Shown here: positions 54,808 to 62,306 of the stretch, piece by piece
Position numbering within the stretch: position 1 is the stretch's first letter
Layout of the letters: each line of letters starts with the position of its first letter
Assembly (NCBI GenBank): GCA_964507615.1
Contig: CAZDPS010000002.1
Coordinates: 392-64,391, forward strand
Direction: 5' to 3'
Origin: an uncultured Candidatus Saccharibacteria bacterium
GTDB taxonomy: Bacteria > Patescibacteriota > Minisyncoccia > Phycocordibacterales > DATDWN01
DNA: 64,000 nt
Translations under genes and position numbers: made by a program
The notes under the pieces: generated by a model
Seen by the model: the letters and a program-made list of their open reading frames with translations, nothing else
What the model was told of the DNA's origin: nothing
Databases searched by the model: none

Positions 54808-55989
54808 TTAAGGTAGGAACTGTTTTATCCATTCTGATATTTTTCCACCTGCCTTATTGATGGTGTTTCGAAGGCCAAGGTTGATTTTTTCTTCTTTTGA
54901 GGAACCTAGTAAGCATAATCCATAAGCTACTGCAAAAATAGAATCTTTAAAATCATTTTTCTTATCACTCAGATTCGTTGTGGCTATGCGTGAAGGTAGT
55001 TTAAGGTTTATTTTTGCAAAATCCTCGATGCCAGGGATGGAACTGCCTCCACCTGTTATAAAAATACCAGCTGGAAGTAATTCATTTCGGCCGATTTTTT
55101 TTAAGTGATTCTCAATAAGTTCAAAAACATCATAAAGTCTAGCTGACACAATTTCTTCTATTTTTTTCTTTGAAAAGGAACCTGGTCCTATGCTACCAAT
55201 CTTTATACTCTCTGCTTCTTCTGGAGGGATTTTTAATCCTAGGGCTATATCGTTGGTTATATCTGTGGAGCCGATAGGGAAAACTTCTAACGATATCGGA
55301 ATATTGTTTTCAAATACAACAATCGAAATAGTTTCAGCACCTATGTTTGCTAGCACACACCCCGCCATTTTTTGTGATTTTGATAGGGTGACAAAAGATG
55401 CTGCAATGGGAGATGCTAGACAATCAACTATCTCAATTCCTGTTTCATCTACTGCTTCGAGTAAGCTATTCAAATGTGGTTCTAGACATGTAATAAACAA
55501 CATTTTTACTTCAAGCTTTGTACCTTTCATGTCTATCGGATTTTTGGCCAAAACTATTTTGCCATCTATTTTGTATTGCATTGGAATACTGTGAAGTATT
55601 CTGTAGTTCTGTATTAGATTTGATGGAAGATTTTCTTCACAGAGTTCATTTAATTTTTGTATATCTAGATCTGTTATTTGAAGGTCTGCTCTGCTTATAA
55701 CTACACTCGCACTGCCTGTCATAGTTGATAGACCAATACCACCTATAGAGACAAAGGCTCTACGAATTTTCATGCCAGAAGTTTTTTCAGCAAGTTTTAC
55801 AGCGGTTTTTATACTATCTACCACATCCTCGTTGTTTATGATGTATCCATGTCGAATTCCTTTGGATTCAGCAACTCCGATGCCTAAAATATGGCTAATT
55901 TGCTTATTATTTTCTTTCACAAATTCTGCCACCACCACTTTTGTTTGGTGTGTTCCGATATCTATTCCTACTGTTATATTGCGCATCAT
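54808..55989 (-). CDS. ftsA: cell division protein FtsA (actin-like ATPase)
   Basis: VGIDIGTHQTKVVV, FITGGGSSIPG. Upstream of ftsZ. Confidence 0.9.
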   Translation of the reverse strand: MMRNITVGIDIGTHQTKVVVAEFVKENNKQISHILGIGVAESKGIRHGYIINNEDVVDSIKTAVKLAEKTSGMKIRRAFVSIGGIGLSTMTGSASVVISRADLQITDLDIQKLNELCEENLPSNLIQNYRILHSIPMQYKIDGKIVLAKNPIDMKGTKLEVKMLFITCLEPHLNSLLEAVDETGIEIVDCLASPIAASFVTLSKSQKMAGCVLANIGAETISIVVFENNIPISLEVFPIGSTDITNDIALGLKIPPEEAESIKIGSIGPGSFSKKKIEEIVSARLYDVFELIENHLKKIGRNELLPAGIFITGGGSSIPGIEDFAKINLKLPSRIATTNLSDKKNDFKDSIFAVAYGLCLLGSSKEEKINLGLRNTINKAGGKISEWIKQFLP

Positions 55990-56037
55990 TATCTAAATGG
56001 CGCTCGGAAAAAACTTTAGAATTATCTATCTTTTATA

Positions 56038-56424
56038 CTAAACACTAAACTTCTTACGAAGTTTTTTCTCCGCTTCTTCCATTCTACTACCATGTTCCAT
56101 TCCTTTCAAATGCATGAGACCGTGGATAAATAAGAAAGCAATGAAGTTATCGTGTTTTCTTTCAAATTTTTTAGCTTCTTTTTTTGTGACTTCTAAAGTA
56201 ATAAAAATTTCTCCATTTTCTTTGTCCAAAGGGAAACTCAAGATATTTGTTGCCTTGTTTTTTTCTCTGTATGAATGGTTTAGAGTTGCTGATTTCTTTT
56301 TACCAATAAATACCAGGGAGAGGGAATAGTCTTTTCCCAAAGCTTCTTCTTTTATTTTAGCAAAAGGCACGCGTGGTAGCGTGCTTTTTGTTTTGTTTGT
56401 TATGTAGAAACTATCTTCTGACAT
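56038..56424 (-). CDS. ybeY: rRNA maturation endoribonuclease YbeY
   Basis: HGLMHLKGMEH zinc motif. Start set to ATG 56424, 1 nt after the rpsU stop. Confidence 0.85.
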   Translation of the reverse strand: MSEDSFYITNKTKSTLPRVPFAKIKEEALGKDYSLSLVFIGKKKSATLNHSYREKNKATNILSFPLDKENGEIFITLEVTKKEAKKFERKHDNFIAFLFIHGLMHLKGMEHGSRMEEAEKKLRKKFSV

Positions 56425-56425
56425 C

Positions 56426-56671
56426 TTATTTTTTACCTCCTCTTGTGTATTCACTCATCTTTCCTAGCTTTATTAGTTCAGCCACTTCCTCTCTTCTTTT
56501 CAAGACTTTTAGTGTCTTTTTTTGTTTTACATAAGGAGATAATTTTCGTGTTGAATATCGGATACTGCGGACACGAGTTAAAACACCAGATCCTTGGACC
56601 TTCTTGGTAAATCTTCTTATAAGATTAAGACTGTTTTCGTTACCTGTTTTTATTACTTCTGCGTTTATCAT
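56426..56671 (-). CDS. rpsU: 30S ribosomal protein bS21
   Basis: 81 aa, basic. NLIRRFTKKVQGSGVLTRVR resembles the ALRRFKR...GVL..VRRR pattern of S21. Confidence 0.7.
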   Translation of the reverse strand: MINAEVIKTGNENSLNLIRRFTKKVQGSGVLTRVRSIRYSTRKLSPYVKQKKTLKVLKRREEVAELIKLGKMSEYTRGGKK

Positions 56672-56713
56672 AGGGTCCTATTGTATCATAAATGATTAAA
56701 AAGTTCAAGCATG

Positions 56714-56847
56714 TCCGCACACTAACTTTGGCATCGTCTTTATATTGCTATATTTAAGGGTAATTTGCAATAAACTATTCTTACCCGTTATTTGTTTATT
56801 ATCCAAATGTTTAAGACTGTGCAATAATGCCAAAGTTAGTGTGCGGA
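56714..56847. repeat. 134-nt element bounded by a 21-bp perfect inverted repeat, upstream of rpsU
   Basis: TCCGCACACTAACTTTGGCAT (56714-56734) is the reverse complement of 56827-56847. Inner TATTGC/GCAATA and GGGTAA/TTACCC helices. Confidence 0.6.
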
Positions 56848-56852
56848 TAAAT

Positions 56853-58085
56853 TTAATCCTTATTTTTAGCCATTTTCTTAAGAAAATCACATAGTTCTGT
56901 AAGAGAAACCGTCTCCTGTTCTCTATTGTTTATACTTCTGACTATAACACTATTTTCTATTGCTTCCTTTTGTCCCATTATAAGCACATGACTTGCCTTC
57001 ATGTATTCTGCACCAGATAGCTGACCGGTTATTTTATCCTTTGTAATAGAGTGGTAAACAGGAATTTTGTGTTTGCGTAACATTTCTACTATCTCTAAGG
57101 CTTTTAGTTTTGCTGTTGAGCCAAGTTGTACTAAGTAAAATTTAGGTTTCTTGATGTTTTTGATGATCACTTTTTTAGATGTTTCTCCATTCTTTTTTAC
57201 AAAAATAGTTAGTCCCACCGTAGGTACTTCTCTCTTGCCACCAAGTTTTTTTGCTAAATGGTTATATCTGTATCCGAAAGCAAGCAACTCACCCTCGTCC
57301 TCCTCGGTGCCGGTAATTTTGCTGGTGTGTTTTGTCGAGTCTTTAAGTTTTCTTATTTCAAATACTGTGTTTGAAGCAAACAACTTATTGGATAAAATAC
57401 CTGGTTTAATTTTGTATGCGGTGTCAAAAGTCTCTACACACTCCAAGACCTCTTTGAAATGTAATCTACTGTTTTCTGAAAGAGACCCAATAGTTTGAGG
57501 GATTCCTTTTCTGAATTCTAGGGTTTCTGGGCGGGTATCTTTTAGTATTAAGTGATGATTTTTTTTAAATTCTTGTCTTATCTTGGTTGGAATTGTGTGC
57601 GAGTGTTTTCGATAGTGGTTGCTTAGCTCACGTTCAAATTTTGTCATTGACTCTTTGTCTCCAATACTATTTATGTCAATAAAAAGATCTGTGTATCCGT
57701 GCTCTTCTAGTACTGCAAGAGCACACTTCAAAAGTAAGGCCTCGCTTGTTGATTTGTTGCTACCCATTATCTCAAAACCATAGATTTCCATTCCAGGTTT
57801 TTTCTTTATCGGATGTCCAGGGATGGGTTTTCTGTAGTGTATAGCTAGTGGTTGTGCCTCTAAATCCATTTTTTCTTCTAAGTACCATCGTGTAAGAGCA
57901 ATCTTTTCCAATGTGTCTTCGTAATGGTCAAAGTCTTTGAAGTGTTTTGCCTTTTGTACATCCTCAGCTGTTATTTGTGGTGGTTTTACAACTAAAAAAC
58001 CATAATGAACAGCAATTTCTCCTGTCTTGTCCGTGACTTCTTCAAGATATGATTTTTCTAATTTAGTTTTTTCTTTTTTTGTCAT
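56853..58085 (-). CDS. histidyl-tRNA-synthetase-like protein with degenerate catalytic motifs and an intact HGTP-type anticodon-binding domain
   Basis: FGYRYNHLAKKLGG in place of GGGRYDxLxxxxGG. ILSNKLFAS where RGLDYY is expected. C-terminal YLVQLG...VLIMGQKE anticodon-binding pattern. Confidence 0.5.
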   Translation of the reverse strand: MTKKEKTKLEKSYLEEVTDKTGEIAVHYGFLVVKPPQITAEDVQKAKHFKDFDHYEDTLEKIALTRWYLEEKMDLEAQPLAIHYRKPIPGHPIKKKPGMEIYGFEIMGSNKSTSEALLLKCALAVLEEHGYTDLFIDINSIGDKESMTKFERELSNHYRKHSHTIPTKIRQEFKKNHHLILKDTRPETLEFRKGIPQTIGSLSENSRLHFKEVLECVETFDTAYKIKPGILSNKLFASNTVFEIRKLKDSTKHTSKITGTEEDEGELLAFGYRYNHLAKKLGGKREVPTVGLTIFVKKNGETSKKVIIKNIKKPKFYLVQLGSTAKLKALEIVEMLRKHKIPVYHSITKDKITGQLSGAEYMKASHVLIMGQKEAIENSVIVRSINNREQETVSLTELCDFLKKMAKNKD

Positions 58086-58089
58086 GCGC

Positions 58090-58692
58090 TCAATTTTTTT
58101 CGTAATATTTTCCAGGTAATATGTCCATCTTGGTCAAAGGAAATAAGCGTATAATAGGTCTACCAATAATATATTTTTTCTGTAGAGGTCCCCAGAAGCG
58201 AGAGTCAAAACTTTCTGCTCGATTGTCTCCCAGCACATAATATTCATCTGCTCCGAGTTCTTTCTCGTATGAACCAGAAGATGTATGTGTAACGTATGAT
58301 CCGTCTATAACAAACCCATCTGGATTTTCTGCATTAACTATTGTTATTATGTTGTCTTTTATAATGACAGTTTCTCCCGGGAGTCCAACTATTCTTTTTA
58401 TAAAACTTTTATTAGTGTCTTTTGGGTATTTTAAAACTACTACAGAATTTCTTTCTGGTTGGTTAATTGTGTATGATATTTTGTCAACTATCAAATAGTC
58501 TCCTGTGGCAAAAGTGGGGTCCATTGATCTTCCGTCTACCAGATATGGTTCGGCAATAAACATACGAAAAGGTAGTACAATTCCAAACGCAATAAGTGCG
58601 AAGATAAAAACCTCTCTCAGTATTCCTTTTAACTTACTTTTTTTTGTAGTTTCGGGTGCTAGAGAGTCATTTTTTTCTTCATTCATGGCCAT
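58090..58692 (-). CDS. lepB: signal peptidase I
   Basis: DGRSMDPTF (Ser box), RIVGLPGE, GDNRAESFDSR. Start chosen at ATG 58692. Confidence 0.9.
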   Translation of the reverse strand: MAMNEEKNDSLAPETTKKSKLKGILREVFIFALIAFGIVLPFRMFIAEPYLVDGRSMDPTFATGDYLIVDKISYTINQPERNSVVVLKYPKDTNKSFIKRIVGLPGETVIIKDNIITIVNAENPDGFVIDGSYVTHTSSGSYEKELGADEYYVLGDNRAESFDSRFWGPLQKKYIIGRPIIRLFPLTKMDILPGKYYEKN

Positions 58693-58730
58693 AAGTATAC
58701 AGGGGAAATTAGTTTGACACAACAAGCAAA

Positions 58731-58861
58731 CTTAATTTCTAATTTCTAATTACTAATTGACCTAAATAATGACCAAATTTTAGTCTACAAAAATCCTAGT
58801 TATCACTGTTTCTGCCGGGTGTTGTTTAGGAATTAGGTTAATTAGAAATTAGAAATTTAAG
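58731..58861. repeat. AT-rich palindromic intergenic element, family copy A
   Basis: Left arm 58731-58766 and right arm 58824-58861 are imperfect reverse complements. Shares the 25-nt core AAATTTCTAATTTCTAATTAACCTA with copy B. Confidence 0.7.
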
Positions 58862-58885
58862 ATTATTCTATGATAGAATAATCCC

Positions 58886-59473
58886 ATGTCATATATATTT
58901 GTAGGTTTGGGCAATCCAGGGGAAGAATATGAAGGTACTCGTCACAATACAGGGCGGATTTTATTGACTGCCTTTGGTAAACAATACGATGCTGAATGGA
59001 AAGAAGACAATAAACTTTTTGCCAAAGTAGCAAAAATCAAAGTAGGGAAGTCTCCTGTTACATTGGTTTTACCAGACACATTTATGAACAACTCTGGTAA
59101 GTCAATAAAACCTCTCGTTACAAGTATAAAAGGTGCAGAGAAACTTGTGGTCATTTATGATGATCTAGACATGCCTTTTGGTAACAGTAAAATCTCTTTC
59201 AACCGTTCATCTGGTGGGCACAAAGGGTTGGAGTCAATAATAAAGGCGATAAAGACCGAAAAGTTTGCTCGTGTGCGTGTGGGAATTTCTCCTGTAACTC
59301 CGTCTGGAAAGATGAAAAAGCCAAGTGGTGAGGATGCTGTGATGAAAGTTATAATGGGTAAATTTAAACCTGAGGAAATGTTGATTCTCAAAAAACTCAG
59401 TAAAAAAATTTTTGAAGCTCTAGAAATCTTTGTTTATGGTAGTCTTGAAAAAGCAATGACAAAGTTTAATTGA
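58886..59473 (+). CDS. pth: peptidyl-tRNA hydrolase
   Basis: VGLGNPGEEYEGTRHNTG, DDLDMPFG, GGHKGL. Confidence 0.9.
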   Translation: MSYIFVGLGNPGEEYEGTRHNTGRILLTAFGKQYDAEWKEDNKLFAKVAKIKVGKSPVTLVLPDTFMNNSGKSIKPLVTSIKGAEKLVVIYDDLDMPFGNSKISFNRSSGGHKGLESIIKAIKTEKFARVRVGISPVTPSGKMKKPSGEDAVMKVIMGKFKPEEMLILKKLSKKIFEALEIFVYGSLEKAMTKFN

Positions 59474-59521
59474 TTTGTTGATGTTTTTGTGCTATAAACT
59501 CTCTCGGACCAAAAGGAGGTT

Positions 59522-59557
59522 ATGAGTGGATCACAGCAGGAAGTTGCCACTTCATAA
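59522..59557 (+). CDS. 11-codon upstream ORF (MSGSQQEVATS) in a GC-rich islet, speculative
   Basis: AAAGGAGG lies 3 nt before ATG 59522. The stop falls inside hairpin GCCACTT-cat-AAGTGGC. Confidence 0.3.
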   Translation: MSGSQQEVATS

Positions 59558-59582
59558 GTGGCTTGTACAGGAGATTTCCAGG

Positions 59583-59819
59583 ATGTCTTCACACGGTACG
59601 TTTGGGACTCATACCATCTCTCGTCTCATTCGTGAGGTGGAGATATCGGAGGGTCACGAGGAGATCTTGTCTGCTTGGGAGATGGCGATCAGACGATTGG
59701 GGCTGGAGCACGCCTCGGTTGACAGGGGTGTGAGGAGGGCTCTTGCTCAGAAGAGAATCAATCCAGTTGTTGGGGGACAAGCTAGTGATCCCCAGACAAT
59801 CGGGTTTCCATACCCGTAG
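59583..59819 (+). CDS. GC-rich small hypothetical protein (78 aa)
   Basis: ATG 59583 lies 9 nt after AGGAG, within track ORF 59526..59819. Followed by a strong terminator. Confidence 0.45.
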   Translation: MSSHGTFGTHTISRLIREVEISEGHEEILSAWEMAIRRLGLEHASVDRGVRRALAQKRINPVVGGQASDPQTIGFPYP

Positions 59820-59825
59820 CGCAAC

Positions 59826-59856
59826 AGGCGCACATTCCGATTCGGAGTGTGCGCCT
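59826..59856 (+). terminator. GC hairpin terminator of the islet
   Basis: AGGCGCACA...TGTGCGCCT (9 bp, extendable with a G-U pair valid only on the + strand), then GATTTTA. Confidence 0.65.
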
Positions 59857-59890
59857 GATTTTATAATAAACCGACTGGTTGGTATAGTTT

Positions 59891-61039
59891 TTATTCAGTC
59901 TTTTTACTTGGATCAATAAATGACAAAGTCATTTTCTGTTCCTTTGCATCAAACAAAGTTATTTTGAACTTGTAGTTTTTACCTAGTTCTAGTGAGGAGT
60001 GTAGCTTTTCATCACTACCAAACTCTGAAATGTGAACTAGACCCGCTATGCCTTCCTCAATACTTGCGAGTGCTCCGTGTTTGTTGAATTTAATAACGAC
60101 ACCATCTACAACATCATCCTTCTTATACTTTTTCTCTGCATCGTGCCAAGGGTTCTCCTTCAAGGCTTTGATTGAAAGTGAGATTTTTCCATCCTTGATT
60201 TCAATAATTTTTACTTTTATTTTTTCACCTATGTGGAACATAAGTTTTGGATTCTCTACTAGTGCCCAGTCAATCTCAGAAATGTGAACCAAACCTTCTA
60301 AACCTTCTTCAAGTTTTACAAAAATTCCGAAGTCCACCATTCCCGTGACCTCACCCATAACTTCTTCATTAAGAACGTATTTTCCAATAATTGAATCTTT
60401 GTTTTTTTGCTCTGGGTTTTTCTCAGAGAAAATAAGCTTTCCCTCTTTTGGAGATGCACCAATAATGGCTACGGATATTTTGTGACCTACAAGTTTTTTC
60501 AGCTCTTCCAAGATTCTGTCTTTGTCTCCATCTGCTACACGAGGATAGTGTTCTGTTTTAAGTTGTGAGGCAGGCAAAAATCCCGATATTCCTTGCCATG
60601 AAAGTATAAGACCTCCTTTGTTTGCTTCCTGGATAGGAAGTTCAAATATTTTCTTTTCTCTGATAGCGTCTTCTGCCTCGCTCCAAATAAGTGCCTGGCG
60701 AGCTTCCTTTAGAGAAATCTCAATGTAGCCGTCTTTGTTTGATAGGCTTATAACTTTTCCAGCAACACCATCACCGACATTTATTTTCTTTATTATGTCG
60801 CGAGCGTTTATATATTCACGGCCAAAAATAATACCTGTTCCAAATGGAGGTATGTCTATGTAGACTGCTGATTTTTCTATGCCAATAACAGTTCCCTCTA
60901 TTACATCATCTATTGATGGTGGAGTTGCACTTGCGTTTAAAACTTTTGACATTGCACCCTCATCTTTGGGCGTAGTTACTTCATCGTGAGCGTCTTCGTG
61001 TTCCACTCCTTTAATCTCGTTTTCTAATGTTGTATTCAT
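59891..61039 (-). CDS. rpsA: 30S ribosomal protein S1 (multiple S1/OB domains)
   Basis: Repeated G.V.G.V..I..FG.FV...G..GL.HISE motifs. Start moved to ATG 61039. Confidence 0.8.
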   Translation of the reverse strand: MNTTLENEIKGVEHEDAHDEVTTPKDEGAMSKVLNASATPPSIDDVIEGTVIGIEKSAVYIDIPPFGTGIIFGREYINARDIIKKINVGDGVAGKVISLSNKDGYIEISLKEARQALIWSEAEDAIREKKIFELPIQEANKGGLILSWQGISGFLPASQLKTEHYPRVADGDKDRILEELKKLVGHKISVAIIGASPKEGKLIFSEKNPEQKNKDSIIGKYVLNEEVMGEVTGMVDFGIFVKLEEGLEGLVHISEIDWALVENPKLMFHIGEKIKVKIIEIKDGKISLSIKALKENPWHDAEKKYKKDDVVDGVVIKFNKHGALASIEEGIAGLVHISEFGSDEKLHSSLELGKNYKFKITLFDAKEQKMTLSFIDPSKKTE

Positions 61040-61198
61040 GTAGTTATGGAGAGGAGGCCTAGTACTTTTCCTAGTCTGTGACTTGGAATTACACAAGTAT
61101 TTCGGTTTAGCTCCCTTTAGTCTCCGGCTAATAAAATACCTAGCTAGTATACAGAAATAAGCTTATTTTGCAAATTTGGCGTTTATTATAAAAGAAAA

Positions 61199-61500
61199 CC
61201 GCCACGGTGTCCTGTGGCGGTGGTGTGAAGGGTGGGGCAGCTTCGGTTTAGCCTTGTGAGGTTCGATCTTGTCGCAAATTCCAACTTGATCATCGCCCAA
61301 AGGGCGCCTCATAGGTTCCCAGCTCTTTTTAAGGAACTGGTACTCAGGTGTCGCCACCGAGAGCCGGTCAAGCCGGTTTGTAACTCTCTGATCTGGGCGA
61401 TCCTACAACCCCTTCCCGAAGGAAGGTTTTGGCTGTTACTGCCGCGGCCGCGGAGCAATCACTATTGTTTTCTTCCTAGGCCACCCGTCCTTCACAGGCT
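61199..61500. other. ~300-nt GC-rich non-coding block with dense secondary-structure potential (unclassified RNA or foreign DNA remnant)
   Basis: No protein-like frame. Hairpin 61199-61220 with a U-tract on the minus strand. Long-range helix 61224-61231/61488-61495. CCTTCC-4nt-GGAAGG at 61411-61426. GAGAG/CTCTC at 61359-61388. 12-nt palindrome at 61442-61453. Confidence 0.4.
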
Positions 61501-61580
61501 AGATATTACACTCGAGTTTGTTAATGTCAAGTTGTAATTATATTTGAATCATTTGTATATTTGTATATACTGTTAATATT

Positions 61581-62216
61581 ATGATTATCACATATCACGG
61601 TGCTGATTTTTTCAAAGTATCTTTTGGGGATACTACCATTGCAGTCAATCCTATTTCCAAGGACTCAAAAATAAAAAGTACCAGATTTGGTAGCGACATT
61701 ACCTTGGTATCCTTAAATAGTCCTGAACACAATGGTGCAGATATAACTTCACGAGGTGATAAGGAATCTTTTCTTATAAAAGGTCCGGGGGAATATGAGG
61801 TGTCAGAAATTTTTATAAAAGGATTTTTATCAAAATCGAACTATGGTGGAAAAGAGAAGGTCAATACTATATACACAGTTTCTCTTGAGGGGATAAACTT
61901 GTGTTTTCTTGGAGCTTTGGGGGACAAGGACATTTCTGCTGAAACGAAGGAAGCCATAGATGGAATAGACATTCTTTTTGTACCAATCGGTGGTGATGGT
62001 GTTTTGGACCCAGCAGTTGCACATAAATTAGCCGTACAATTTGAGCCAAAAATAATAATACCTAGTCACTATGGAGATGTTGGAACAGCGAATTCATTAA
62101 AAATTTTCTTAAAAGAGGCGGGTGAAGAGGGTGTAAGGCCTATTGATAAATTGACCATTAAAAAGAAAGATCTAGATGGTAAAGAGGGAGAGGTGGTGGT
62201 ATTGGAACAAGTGTAA
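61581..62216 (+). CDS. MBL-fold metal-dependent hydrolase (UPF0173-like)
   Basis: MIITYHGADFFKV...IIPSHYG pattern, 211 aa. Confidence 0.7.
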   Translation: MIITYHGADFFKVSFGDTTIAVNPISKDSKIKSTRFGSDITLVSLNSPEHNGADITSRGDKESFLIKGPGEYEVSEIFIKGFLSKSNYGGKEKVNTIYTVSLEGINLCFLGALGDKDISAETKEAIDGIDILFVPIGGDGVLDPAVAHKLAVQFEPKIIIPSHYGDVGTANSLKIFLKEAGEEGVRPIDKLTIKKKDLDGKEGEVVVLEQV

Positions 62217-62298
62217 GAAATTTCTAATTTCTAATTAACCTAGAAATATACAGTTGGGATTTGTTTAGAAATTAGGGTAATTAGAAATTAGGAATTTT
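62217..62298. repeat. AT-rich palindromic intergenic element, family copy B
   Basis: Arms 62217-62247 and 62263-62298. Shares cores with copies A and C. Confidence 0.7.
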
Positions 62299-62306
62299 AT
62301 CTAAAC

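Noticed and set aside
1489-58717. The many 60-160-aa antisense or overlapping ORFs in the track (e.g. 1489..1704, 8422..8823, 10125..10616, 31824..32252, 46197..46634, 47334..47726, 53887..54510, 55190..55594)
   Set aside because: Each lies inside a longer ORF with a recognisable product on the other strand or in another frame. Their composition is low-complexity, as expected for shadow ORFs.
61199-61500. GC-rich structured block as RNase P RNA, tmRNA, SRP RNA, cobalamin riboswitch or T-box
   Set aside because: There is no GGAAAGUCC/P4 partner for the ACAAACCGGCUUGA-like stretch, which also sits mid-molecule rather than at the 3' end. The GGGGCAG...GGTTCGATC...GTCGCAAAT stretch resembles a tmRNA 5' end superficially, but no T-arm/ACCA 3' end follows and the would-be tag frame has no stop. 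No GGAA-capped SRP domain IV, B12 box or GGUGGUACCGCG was found. It is kept as unclassified.
61163-61537. Track ORFs 61232..61537 (+) and 61163..61357 (-) as genes
   Set aside because: Their composition is R/P/L/C/H-rich and not protein-like. They run through hairpins and terminators. Open frames of this length are expected by chance in about 60% GC sequence.
1-61540. GC-rich islets as metagenome assembly chimeras
   Set aside because: There are at least five separate sub-kilobase segments. Each is flanked on both sides by native AT-rich sequence and fits neatly into an intergenic position with native-style promoters, which is hard to produce by mis-joining. It still cannot be excluded without read data, and that check is listed in the findings.
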